From an uncultured delta proteobacterium (GTDB lineage Bacteria > Myxococcota_A > UBA9160 > SZUA-336): a DNA stretch of 64,000 nt. The stretch spans positions 352,001 to 416,000 of the forward strand of contig CAVPHD010000003.1 of assembly GCA_963704165.1 (NCBI GenBank), written 5' to 3'. The translations under genes and the position numbers were made by a program. Shown in pieces: positions 19,230 to 29,505 of this stretch (positions are counted from its first letter, which is position 1; every line of letters starts with the position of its first letter). The notes under the pieces were generated by a model. That model made no database searches. It was not told where the DNA came from and saw nothing but the letters and a program-made list of their open reading frames with translations.

Positions 19230-20228
19230 ATGATGGATTCGGTGTTGGATCAGCTGTCGTCCCTGATTCGGAGTCGCGCGCTCGGGATCGACTCGAGCGA
19301 GGTGGAGTTCGCGAAGCGCGGGTTCGTGCGCCGGGATCCGCTCGCGGTTTCGCGACTCGAGGGTGTCGCTCGGACCTTCGTCCTCGGCTATCGCCTGGCG
19401 CTCGCACAGCCGTCGCCCGATCTCCTCGCGCGGGAGCTCGACCGCGTGCCGTCGGAGCTCCGGGGATTCGCCTATGAAGGCGCGGGAATGGCGCTCGCGT
19501 TGCTCGACCGCCTGACGCCGTGGCGTCGCGATCGCCTTCACGCATTCCTCGCGGGTCCGGCGGATGCGCACGTCTACATGGTGCTGATCGGCGCCGGTTG
19601 GGCTTGGGCGCGACTCCGACGTCGCGTGGACGCGCTCCTGCGGCCGCTCGATCCGGTGCTCGGCTGGCTTGCCCTCGACGGCTACGGATTTCACGAGGGT
19701 TTCTTCCACACCGAACGAACCGTCGAGCGCCACGAACGGCCCGCGCGCCTGCGTGGCTACGCGCTGCGCGCCTTCGACGCCGGACTCGGCCGCTCCCTCT
19801 GGTTCGTCTGCTGCGCAGACCCGGACGCCGTCTCCGCTTGCATCGCGCGCTTCCCGTCCGAGCGCCACGGCGATCTGTGGAGCGGCATCGGTCTGGCCTG
19901 CTCGTACGCGGGTGGCGCGAATGCCGACGCGATCGATGCGCTGCTCGGGCTCGCGAGCGCTCACCGCGGGTCGCTCGCCCAGGGGGCGGCCTTCGCCGCC
20001 GAGGCGCGGCAGCGTGCGGGGATTCCGGCGGAACACACCCGATGCGCGGTCGAACGCATCACCCGCACGTCCGTCGAGCTCGCGGCCAAGATCTGTCACA
20101 GCGAGCTCTCGAAGGTCGAACGGCGCGCGCCGGACGCGAACGGCGACCCGAGGTTCGAAGAGTGGCGGCGCGGGATCCACGAGGCACTCGTGCGCGGCCT
20201 CCACGCTGACGAGGGAGCGCGAGCATGA
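19230..20228 (+). CDS. unbL: Enediyne biosynthesis protein E3 (DUF1702, UnbL/SgcE3-like); alternative start at 19179
   Basis: RGFAYEGAGM, GAGWAWARL, WLALDGYGFHEGFF, AFDAGLGRSLWFV, DLWSGIGLACSYAGG, LAQGAAFAA; canonical position before E4. Confidence 0.9.
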   Translation: MMDSVLDQLSSLIRSRALGIDSSEVEFAKRGFVRRDPLAVSRLEGVARTFVLGYRLALAQPSPDLLARELDRVPSELRGFAYEGAGMALALLDRLTPWRRDRLHAFLAGPADAHVYMVLIGAGWAWARLRRRVDALLRPLDPVLGWLALDGYGFHEGFFHTERTVERHERPARLRGYALRAFDAGLGRSLWFVCCADPDAVSACIARFPSERHGDLWSGIGLACSYAGGANADAIDALLGLASAHRGSLAQGAAFAAEARQRAGIPAEHTRCAVERITRTSVELAAKICHSELSKVERRAPDANGDPRFEEWRRGIHEALVRGLHADEGARA

Positions 20229-22234
20229 GGGACCAGCCGTCGCCTGCACGTCGCCACGCGGCCCGACTGGTGGCCGTCGCGGTGGTCGTCGCCATCTTCT
20301 CCATCGTCGGCCTGCCCGAGCTCGAGCCGGCCGAGCGCGCGGCGTTGGCATCGCGATTCCGCTTCACGCCCGTAAAGCTCGAGGAGTGGCCCGAGGGCCC
20401 GTACCAGACGCGGCGCGCGGTGAACCCGAGTCTCGAGCGCCACTCCGGCTGGATCTCGGCGGTGGGCGCGGCGGTCGCGCTCGCCGACCTCGACGGCGAC
20501 GGACTGAGCAACGACGTGTGTCACGTCGATCCGCGCACCGATCTCGTCACGTTGTCGCCGGTGCCGGGAGGCGAGCCTCGCTATCCGATCGTCGCGCTCT
20601 CGGTCGGCGGCCTGCCCTACGACCGCGCGACGATGGCGCCGATGGGCTGCGTGCCGGGCGACTTCAACGAGGACGGGCGCACGGACCTGCTCGTGTACTA
20701 CTGGGGCCGCGCGCCGATCGCGTTCCTGAGCCGCGCCGCACCCGGCGATCCGCCGAGCGCAACCGGCTACCTTCCGCTCGAGCTGACCCAGAGCGGCGAG
20801 CGCTGGTTCACCAACGCCGCCACGTTTGCCGACATCGACGGCGACGGTCACGCGGACCTGTTGATCGGAAACTACTTCCAGGATGGCGCGCGCATCCTCG
20901 ACGCGAACGCCACGGCGCCGGACTCGATGCAGCACTCGATGTCGCGCGCCTACAACGGGGGCAAGAACCGCGTCTTCCTGTGGGCCGCGAAGGACTCGGG
21001 CAATGCCCACGAGCCCCGCGTGGCCTACCGCGAGGTGAACGGCGTCTTCGACGAGATCTCACTCCACGCCTGGACGCTCGCGATCGGCGCGGCCGACCTC
21101 GACGGTGACCTGCTCCCCGAGCTCTACTACGCCAACGACTTCGGCCCGGATCGCCTGTACCGAAACGTCTCGGGCCGGGGACGTCCGCGCTTCGCGCTGG
21201 TCGAGGGAACGCGCGGGATCAACACGCCCCGCTCGCGTGTGCTCGGCCGGGACTCCTTCAAGGGGATGGGCGTCGATTTCGCCGACGTCAACGACGACGG
21301 CCGACTCGACTTCTTCGTCAGCAACATCTCCGACGAGTACGCACTGCTCGAGAGTCACTTCCTGTTCGTGAGTCACGGTGACTGGGGCGACGAGGCCGAC
21401 GGCGTCGCGCCGTACGAAGACGATGGCGATGCCCTCGGCGTCGCGCGGAGCAGCTGGGGCTGGGACACGCGCTTCGGCGATTTCGACAACGACGGCGTGC
21501 CCGAGGCGCTGCAGGCGACGGGATTCGCGAAGGGCGAGACCGACCGCTGGCCCGAACTGCAGGAGCTCGCGACCGCGAACGACGAGCTGCTCGCGATCGC
21601 CGGCACCTGGCCACGCTTTCAGGCCGGCGACGACCTCTCGGGCCACGCTCCGAATCCGTTCTACGTGCGCGCCGCCGACGGGCGCTTCCACGACGTGGCC
21701 GCGGAGCTCGGGATCGACCAGCCACAGGTCACGCGCGGCATCGCCACCGCCGACGTCGACGGCGACGGAGACCTCGACTTCGCGATCGCGAACCAGTGGG
21801 AGCCCTCGCTCTTCTACCGGAACGAGCGCGGCGAGGCGGGCTCGGGATTCCTCGGCCTGCACCTGGTGCATCCGGTCGCGGCCGGTGCCAAGGAGGTTCG
21901 GGTGCAACGGGGCCACCCGCACGGAGGCACGTCTCCAGCGATCGGCGCCTCGGCCACCGTGCGGCGCGCGGACGGTCGCGTGCTCGTCGGTCAGGTCGAT
22001 GGCGGAAACGGCCATTCCGGCGTGCGCAGTCCCGAGCTCCACTTCGGCCTCGGAGATGCGGGCCAACACCCAAGCGCCGTCGAGGTCCGCTATCGCGATC
22101 GCTTCGGACGGCCGAATTCGATCGAGCTCATGCTCGAGCCGGGCTGGCACACGGTGGTCTTGCCCGATGCGCCGCCTCCCACGTGGCTGGCCAGCACGTC
22201 GGCATCGGCGCCGCGCGCGGGAGAAACGCGATGA
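20225..22234 (+). CDS. unbV: Enediyne biosynthesis protein E4 (FG-GAP/VCBS repeats plus ASPIC/UnbV domain)
   Basis: WISAVGAAVALADLDGDG, MAPMGCVPGDFNEDG..LLVYYWGR, LGRDSFKGMG, WPELQELA, QVDGGNGHSG..ELHFGLG; ATGA overlap with E3. Confidence 0.93.
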   Translation: MRDQPSPARRHAARLVAVAVVVAIFSIVGLPELEPAERAALASRFRFTPVKLEEWPEGPYQTRRAVNPSLERHSGWISAVGAAVALADLDGDGLSNDVCHVDPRTDLVTLSPVPGGEPRYPIVALSVGGLPYDRATMAPMGCVPGDFNEDGRTDLLVYYWGRAPIAFLSRAAPGDPPSATGYLPLELTQSGERWFTNAATFADIDGDGHADLLIGNYFQDGARILDANATAPDSMQHSMSRAYNGGKNRVFLWAAKDSGNAHEPRVAYREVNGVFDEISLHAWTLAIGAADLDGDLLPELYYANDFGPDRLYRNVSGRGRPRFALVEGTRGINTPRSRVLGRDSFKGMGVDFADVNDDGRLDFFVSNISDEYALLESHFLFVSHGDWGDEADGVAPYEDDGDALGVARSSWGWDTRFGDFDNDGVPEALQATGFAKGETDRWPELQELATANDELLAIAGTWPRFQAGDDLSGHAPNPFYVRAADGRFHDVAAELGIDQPQVTRGIATADVDGDGDLDFAIANQWEPSLFYRNERGEAGSGFLGLHLVHPVAAGAKEVRVQRGHPHGGTSPAIGASATVRRADGRVLVGQVDGGNGHSGVRSPELHFGLGDAGQHPSAVEVRYRDRFGRPNSIELMLEPGWHTVVLPDAPPPTWLASTSASAPRAGETR

Positions 22235-23235
22235 GCTCGGTCCTCTCGGACACGCCGGGGTTTCATCCCGCGACCCGGCCGGAGCGACCCGCGCCGACGC
22301 CGCTCCGCGCGAGCGACATCGACTGGGCGCAGCAGATCCGACTCGGTGGACTGCGCCGCTTCGCGTTCGCGATCACGCTCTTGAACGTCGTCGGTCACCT
22401 CTACCTCGGCTTCGAGACGTCCTGGCTGCACCCGTTGGCTGCACTCGCCACCGGCTACACGCTCGAGCTCCTGCTCGAGACCATCGACGCGCGGGCCAAG
22501 GGACGCGTGGCGCGTTATCGCATCGGTGGTCTCACGGGGTTCGGTGATTTCCTGCTCTCGGCGCACATCTCGTCGCTCGCCGTGTCGATGCTCCTCTACC
22601 CCAACGAGCACCTCGCCCCGGTGATCTTCGCGACCTCCGTCGCGATCGGGTCGAAAGTGGCGCTGCAGGTCGAGGTGGGCGGGCGCCTGCGGCACTTCAT
22701 GAACCCGTCGAACTTCGGGATCGCCGCCACGCTCTGGTTCTTCCCGTGGGTCGGCATCGCGCCGCCCTACCAGTTCACCGAGAACATCTCGGGGCCGTGG
22801 GACTGGGCGTTTCCGCTGCTGATCATCTTCACCGGCAGCTTCATCAACACACGCTTCACGCGCCGACTCCCGCTTCTTCTCGCCTGGCTCGGCGGCTTCG
22901 CCGCACAGGCGCTGCTGCGGCACTGGCTCTTCGATTCCGCGCTGGTTCCGTCGCTGGCGCCGATGACCGGTCTCGCGTTCCTGCTCTTCACCTTCTACAT
23001 GGTGACCGATCCGCCGACGACGCCGAGCTCGACGCGAAACCAGATCTTCTTCGGGCTCGCGACCGCCGCGACCTACGGCGTGCTGATGGCCTGCCATCTC
23101 GTGTTCGGGCTCTTCTTCTCGCTCGTCATCGTCTGCTTCGCGCGCGGGAGCTGGCATTTCCTCGCGTCGCTGCCGCGCGCGGCTCGGGCGCAGAACGACG
23201 ACTCGGACGCGGTTGCGGGCCCGCGGTCCATCTGA
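22231..23235 (+). CDS. unbU: Enediyne biosynthesis protein E5 (UnbU-like membrane protein)
   Basis: LRRFAFAITLLNVVGH..LGFE, RHFMNPSNFGI, FPWVGIAPPYQFTE, FTFYMVTDPPTTP; ATGA overlap with E4. Confidence 0.92.
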   Translation: MSSVLSDTPGFHPATRPERPAPTPLRASDIDWAQQIRLGGLRRFAFAITLLNVVGHLYLGFETSWLHPLAALATGYTLELLLETIDARAKGRVARYRIGGLTGFGDFLLSAHISSLAVSMLLYPNEHLAPVIFATSVAIGSKVALQVEVGGRLRHFMNPSNFGIAATLWFFPWVGIAPPYQFTENISGPWDWAFPLLIIFTGSFINTRFTRRLPLLLAWLGGFAAQALLRHWLFDSALVPSLAPMTGLAFLLFTFYMVTDPPTTPSSTRNQIFFGLATAATYGVLMACHLVFGLFFSLVIVCFARGSWHFLASLPRAARAQNDDSDAVAGPRSI

Positions 23236-23238
23236 AGC

Positions 23239-26200
23239 ATGCGCGAGCCCATCGCCATCGTTGGGCTCGCCTGCTCTTATCCCGACGCGAACTCCCCCGC
23301 TGAGCTCTTCGAGAACGTGCTCGCGGGTCGCCGTGCGTTCCGGCGGATTCCAGAAGAGCGGCTCTCACTGGCCGACTATGGCTCGACGGACGCCGGCGAC
23401 GTCGACCGCACCTACGTCACGCAGGCCGCGACGATCGAGGGCTACGAGTTCGACCGGGTGCGCTTCAAGATCGTCGGCAGCACCTATCGATCGGCGGATC
23501 TGACCCACTGGCTCGCGCTCGACGTGGCCGACCGCGCACTCACCGACGCCGGCTTCGCAGACGGCGACGGACTTCCCCGGGAGCGAACCGGCGTGATCCT
23601 GGGCAACACGCTGACGGGGGAGTTCTCGCGCGCGCAGGCGATGCGGCTGCGCTGGCCGTACGTGGAGCGTGTGCTCTCGGACACCCTCGGCGACCTCCTG
23701 CCCGACGCGTCCGCGCGCGCAAGCTGGCTCGCCGAGCTCGAGTCCCGCTACAAGGCGCCCTTCGAGGCCTTTGGTGACGAGAGCCTGGCGGGCGGACTCG
23801 CAAACACGATCGCGGGCCGCATCTGCAACTTCTTCGATCTGAAAGGCGGCGGATTCACCGTCGATGGCGCGTGCTCCTCGTCGCTGCTCGCCGTCGCCAA
23901 CGCGTGCGCGGCGCTCGCCGCGCGCGATCTCGACGTGGCGATCACGGGCGGCGTCGATCTCAGCCTCGACCCGTTCGAGCTGGTCGGCTTCGCGCGTGCG
24001 GGCGCGCTCGCTCGCGACGAGATGCGCGTGTACGACCGCCGCGCACAGGGCTTCTGGCCGGGCGAAGGCTGCGGTCTCCTGGTGCTGATGCGCGAACCCG
24101 ACGCGATCGAGCGGGGCCTGCGCGTCTACGCGCGCATCCGCGGCTGGGGCATCGCATCCGACGGGGCCGGCGGCATCTCGCGTCCCGAAGCGGCGGGGCA
24201 AGTGCTCGCGCTGCGCCGCGCGTACGCTAGCGCCGGCTTCGGACCCGAGACGGTCGCCTGCTTCGAGGGCCACGGAACCGGAACGGAAATCGGCGATGCG
24301 ACCGAGCTCGAGGCCCTGACGCAGCTGCTTCGCGAGAACGGCGCGGGTCGCGACGCGCCGGCTTCGATCGGATCGATCAAGGCGAACATCGGACACACGA
24401 AGGCCGCGTCGGGTGCGGCCGGACTGATCAAGGCCACGCTCGCGCTTCACCGGCAGTTGCTGCCTCCGATGCCCGGCTGCGAATCGCCCCACGCGCTGGT
24501 CGGAAGCGGCGCGCTGCTTCGCGTGCAGACGCTGGCTTCGCCCTGGCCACAGGACCGGCCGCTGCGTGCAGCCGTCAGCTCGATGGGCTTTGGCGGCATC
24601 AACACCCACGTCGTGCTCGACTCGCAGGCGAGTCGCCGCCGCCCCGCGCTTTCGCGTCGCGAGCGCGCGCTCCAGACGACGAAGCAGGACACCGAGCTGT
24701 GTTTGTTCGCCGAGGACTCGGCGCCGCAGCTGCGAGCTCGGGTCCAGGCGCTGCTTCCGCTCTCGCGCCGCATCTCGCAGGCCGAGCTCTCCGACCTCGC
24801 CGCGAGCTTGGCCGCAGAGGTCGCCGCCCGGCCGCCGGGCCCCCGCGCGCGAGCGGCCGTCGTGGCCTCGCGACCCGACGAGCTCACGACGCAGCTCGAG
24901 CGTCTGGTCGCGGCGATCGATCGCGCGACACAGAACGGCGACGCGATCTCGATCGAGCCGGAGCGCGGGGTCTTCTTCGGCGCTCGATCCGGAGATCCCC
25001 ACATCGGCTTGCTCTTTCCCGGCCAGGGCGCGCCCGTGCATCCGGACCTCGGCGCCCTGGCGCCGTGGCTCGACGGCGATCCGCTCGGGTCGCTGCACGC
25101 CGCGGCCATCGCTCCCGCGCACGAGGCCGGGCTCTTCGCCGGCTCCACCCCGATCGAGCGCGGAGAGATCGTCGACACCTCCCTCGCGCAGCCGGCGATC
25201 GTCGCGGCCTCCGTCGCGAGCGCGCTCATGCTCGAAGCACTCGGGGTCGTGGCCGAGGTCGCGGTGGGGCACAGCCTCGGCGAGATCGCCGCGCTCGCGT
25301 GGAGCGGATCGCTAACGCCCGGCGCTTCGGTTCGGCTCGCCGCCTCGCGCGGGCGGATCATGGCGGAGCTCGGTCACGACGACGGCGCGATGGCGAGCCT
25401 GGCCGTCGATCCAGACACGGCGCAGCGTCTGATCGCGACCGAGCCCTGCGTCATCGCCGCCCGGAACGGTCCCATTCGTACGGTCATCGCCGGCGATACC
25501 GCGGCCGTCTCGCGCGTGATCGAACGCGCGGCCGCGCAGCGCATCGCGGCGACTCGCCTCGCCGTGTCACACGCCTTCCACTCGCCTCACGTCGCGGACT
25601 GCGCGCCGGCTCTCGCGAAGGCGCTCTCTTCCGTTCCGTTCGAGGCGCCGCAACGGCGCGTCGTCTCCACGCGCACGGGCCTGCCGCTCGGCACCGACGC
25701 CGACCTCCGACTGCACCTCGTCCGGCAGGTGACCGAGCCGGTTCTCTTCTCGGACGCGGTGACGCGAGCGGCCGTCGGCCTCGACCTGTGGATCGAGGCG
25801 GGGCCGGGGCGAATGCTCGGCGCGCTCGCTTCCGATCTCGGCGACACACCGGTGATCCCGCTCGACAGCGGCGGCCCGACGTTTCGGGGTCTGCTCGCGG
25901 CCGTCGGCGCCGCGTTCGCTCTCGGCGCTCCGGTCGACACCGCGCGGCTCTTCGCCCACCGCGTCACCAAGCCCTTCGATCCCGAGCGGCCGCTCTCGTT
26001 CTTCTCGAACCCGTGCTGTGTGGATCGTGATCCGTCGACCGTGCCGGACGCCGCGCCAGGCCGCGCGCTTCCGGATGCAAACGATCGCAGCGTCGGGCAG
26101 AGCACGCTCGACGTGCTGCGCGGGCTCGTCGCTTCTCGCTGCGAGCTTCCCGTTTCCGCGATCGGCCCCGACGATCGCTTCCTGAGCGACCTGCACCTGA

Positions 26201-29084
26201 CCTCGATCGCGGTGAGCGAGCTCGCGTCCCGGGCCGCTCGCGAGCTGTCGCGTCCGCCGCTCGTCGCGCCGAACGAGTTCGCCGACGCCACCGTGGCCGA
26301 GCTCGCGCGCGCGATCGAGTCCGAGGAGCGAGAGCTCGTGATGGGATCTTTCGTCGCGGGTGTGGACGCGTGGGTGCGCGGCTTCGAGGTCGTCTCGGTC
26401 GCGCGCGCGCGGCCGCGCGACTCGGCGATCGGCGGGCGACGCGAGGGCCCATGGTCGTGGCGGACCTTCCTCGAACCCGGCGACGAGCTCGGCGAGGCGA
26501 TCGCGCACGCGCTGCGGAGCTTTGCGGGCAGCGACGGCGTGCTCGTCCACCTGCCGACGACGCCGGCGTTTCTCGCCCAGCTTCCCCGGCTGCTCGAAGC
26601 CGCGCGAGCCGCGAACGAGAGCCTCGACGCGCGCCACTTCGTGCTCGTCCATCACGGCGACGCGAGCGCGACGATCGCCCGCACGCTCCACCAGGAGGCG
26701 CGCAACCTCGCCAGCCGGGTGATCGAGCTGCCCCCGTTCGACATCGCCGACGCTGCGGCGTGGGTGCTCGCCGAGGTGCGCGCGGGGTCCGCCTGGAGCG
26801 AGGCTCGCTACGACGGCGACGGAAACCGCTTCGAGCGGCGCTTGCGTCCCCTCCCGCTCGGAGCGGCCGCAGAGACCGGACTTCCCGTCGGCGCGAACGA
26901 CGTGCTGCTCGTGAGTGGCGGCGGCAAGGGCATCGCGGCCGAATGCGCTCTTGCGCTCGCGCGCGAGAGCGGCTGCGCGCTCGGGCTGATCGGTCGCTCG
27001 CGACCGGAGAGCGACGGACGCGCTGCGGGAGAACCTCGAGCGCTTCCGGGCCGCCGGCGTCCGCGTCGCCTACGCAGCCGGCCGACGTCTGCGATGCGCG
27101 CGAGGTCGGCATCGCGTTGCGCGAGATCGAGACGCGACTCGGGCCCGTGCGCGGACTCGTGCACGCAGCCGGGCTCAATCGACCCGACGTGCTCGCGCTT
27201 CTCGAGATCGGCGATTTCCGCGACACGCTCGCACCGAAGCTCGACGGGCTCGAGAACCTGCTCTCGCAGATCGACACGCGCCGGCTGCGCTGCCTGGTGG
27301 GATTCGGCTCGATCATCGCCGAGCTCGGGCTGCCCGGCGAAGCCCACTACGCGCTCGCAAACGAAATGCTGACGCGGCGAATCGAGGACTTCGCATCCGC
27401 CCACCCGCACACCCGCTGCCTCTCGCTCGCCTGGTCGATCTGGTCCGGGGTGGGAATGGGGGAGAGGCTCGGCCGGGTCGAAACCCTGTCGGCCCGGAAC
27501 ATCTCGGCGATCACGCCCGACCAAGGGGTCGCCTGGCTCGCGAAGCTGCTGCGTCGGAGCGATGCCCCGGTGCGGACGGTGGTGTCGGGTCGGTTCGGAC
27601 ACCCGCCGACGCTGACACACGTCGAGCAGACGCTTCCGGCGTTGCGCTTCCTCGAACGCGTTCGCGAACACGTTCCGCGCGTCGAGCTCGTCGCCGACGC
27701 GGAGCTCTCGCTCGAGTCCGATCCCTATCTCGCCGACCACGTCTACCGAGGAGAGTCGATCGTGCCGGGCGTGATCGGGCTCGAGGCCTTCGCGCAGATC
27801 GCCGGGGCGCTCGCGAATCACGCGCGGCTGCCGACGTTCGAGGACGTCCGCTTCGAGCAGCCGATCGTGCTACCGCCCGAGGGAAAGCGAACCGTGCGCG
27901 TCGCGGCGCTGGCGTCGGCGGAACCGGACGACGACCGGATCCAGCTTCGGCTCCGCACGGACGGCAACGCGTACCAGGTCCAGCACATCTCGGCCGAGGT
28001 CGGCTTCGTCGATCGAGTCGAGATGATTCCGACCGCGCTCGCCCCCGCGCCGAAGCACGACGCTCCCGTCGTCCTCGAAGACGGAGCGACGTTGTACGGC
28101 GACCTCTTCTTCCACCGCGGCCGGTTCGCGCGCGTGATTCGCTATCGCGCGCTCCACAGCGACGGCTGCGTGGCCGAGATCGCCGGCCGGGACGAGCCGT
28201 TCTTCGGCGCGTTCCAGCCGGGACGACTCTGCCTGGGGGATCCGGGCGCGCGCGACGCGGCGATCCACGCGATCCAGGCCTGTGTACCCGATCGGGATCT
28301 CCTGCCGATCGGCGTGCGGAGAATCGTCGCCGGCCGGCTCGAGGGGCACGCGCTTCTGCGACTGCGCGCGGTCGAGCGCGGCCGGCACGGGGGTCGCTAC
28401 GAGTACGACCTCGAGATCTCGACTCCGGAAGGTGAGGTGCTCGAACGCTGGGAAGGCCTCGCGCTGCAGGAGGTCGCGGGCGCCGCGCGTCGCGAGATCT
28501 GGCCGGCAGCGTTGCTCGCGCCGCGACTCGAGGAGTACGCGAAGGCGCTCTGGCCGGATGCGAGGGTGCGCGCAGCCTTCCTGCCCGACTCGGCGGCCGC
28601 GACGAGCGAGCTTGCGCTCCATGCAGCCCGCGGCGTGCCCGGTCGGCTCCGCCATCGGCTCGACGGACGGCCGGAGATCGATGGAGCGGGCGCGGTCAGC
28701 GTCAGTCACTCGGCCGGTCACACACTCGCGGTCTCCGCCGATGTCGATCTCGCCTGCGACGTCGAGGTCGTGAGCGAGCGCAGCGCGGAAACCTGGCGGG
28801 ACATGCTCGGCTTGGAAAGCCATGCGGCGGCACGCCAGCTCGCGGATCGAAGCGAGGAACCCTTCGACGTCAGCGCGACGCGACTCTGGGGGGCGAGCGA
28901 GTGCGTGCGCAAGCTCGGACTTCCGCGCGAAACACCGATCACGCTCTCCACACCGCTCGGGAATGGCGCGCTGCGCCTCCACGTCGGGCGCACGGAGATG
29001 CTCAGCTTCTCGGCTCGGCTGGCGGGCGCGGATGCGGCACGGATCTTCAGTCTTCTGGTTCGGAGCGGCGATGCGAGCGTTTGA
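23239..29084 (+). CDS. pksE: Enediyne-type iterative type I polyketide synthase PKSE (KS-AT-ACP-KR-DH-PPTase); two apparent +1 insertions at ~27016 and ~27080
   Basis: KS DGACSSS/EGHGTGT/GHTKAA; AT GHSLG, SHAFHS; ACP DLHLTSI; KR SGGGKGI, HYALAN; DH YLADH..VPG, RDAAIH; PPTase ACDVE, RLWGASECVRK. Removing two G gives a single 1947-aa ORF. Confidence 0.93.
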
Positions 29085-29496
29085 ATACCGGCACGTCGTC
29101 GGCTTCGAGGAGACCAACGTGGTCGGAAACGTCTACTACGCCAACCACGTGCGCTGGCAGGGGCGGGTCCGCGAGCTCTTCCTGCGCGAGCGCGCGCCCG
29201 AGATCCTCGACCTGATCCGAGAGGGCCTCGCGCTCGTCACGCTGCGCGTGAGCTGCGAGTACTACCGCGAGCTCGCCGCCTTCGACGAGATCTGCATCCG
29301 AATGCGATTGGCCGATCTATCGCCCCATCGCATGAGCCTGCTCTTCGAGTACTGGCGGGTCGGAGAGAGCGGCGAGGAGCTGGCCGCGCGCGGCGAGCAG
29401 GATCTCGCGTGCATGTGGCGGCGCAACGGCAAGACCGAGCCCGAGCCGTGGCCGGATTCCCTGCGCGAAGCGCTGCGACCCTATGCGGAGTCGTAG
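29071..29496 (+). CDS. Enediyne hot-dog-fold thioesterase E10 (SgcE10/CalE7/DynE7-like)
   Basis: FEYRHVVGFEETNVVGNVYYANHVRWQGRVRELFL; 141 aa; overlaps the PKSE stop. Confidence 0.93.
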   Translation: MRAFEYRHVVGFEETNVVGNVYYANHVRWQGRVRELFLRERAPEILDLIREGLALVTLRVSCEYYRELAAFDEICIRMRLADLSPHRMSLLFEYWRVGESGEELAARGEQDLACMWRRNGKTEPEPWPDSLREALRPYAES

Positions 29497-29505
29497 CCCG
29501 ACTCC

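Noticed and set aside
27001..27100. Programmed ribosomal frameshift or naturally split PKSE
   Set aside because: No slippery heptamer, and two separate +1 events are needed inside the KR domain. Similar indel clusters occur in unrelated genes in this window.
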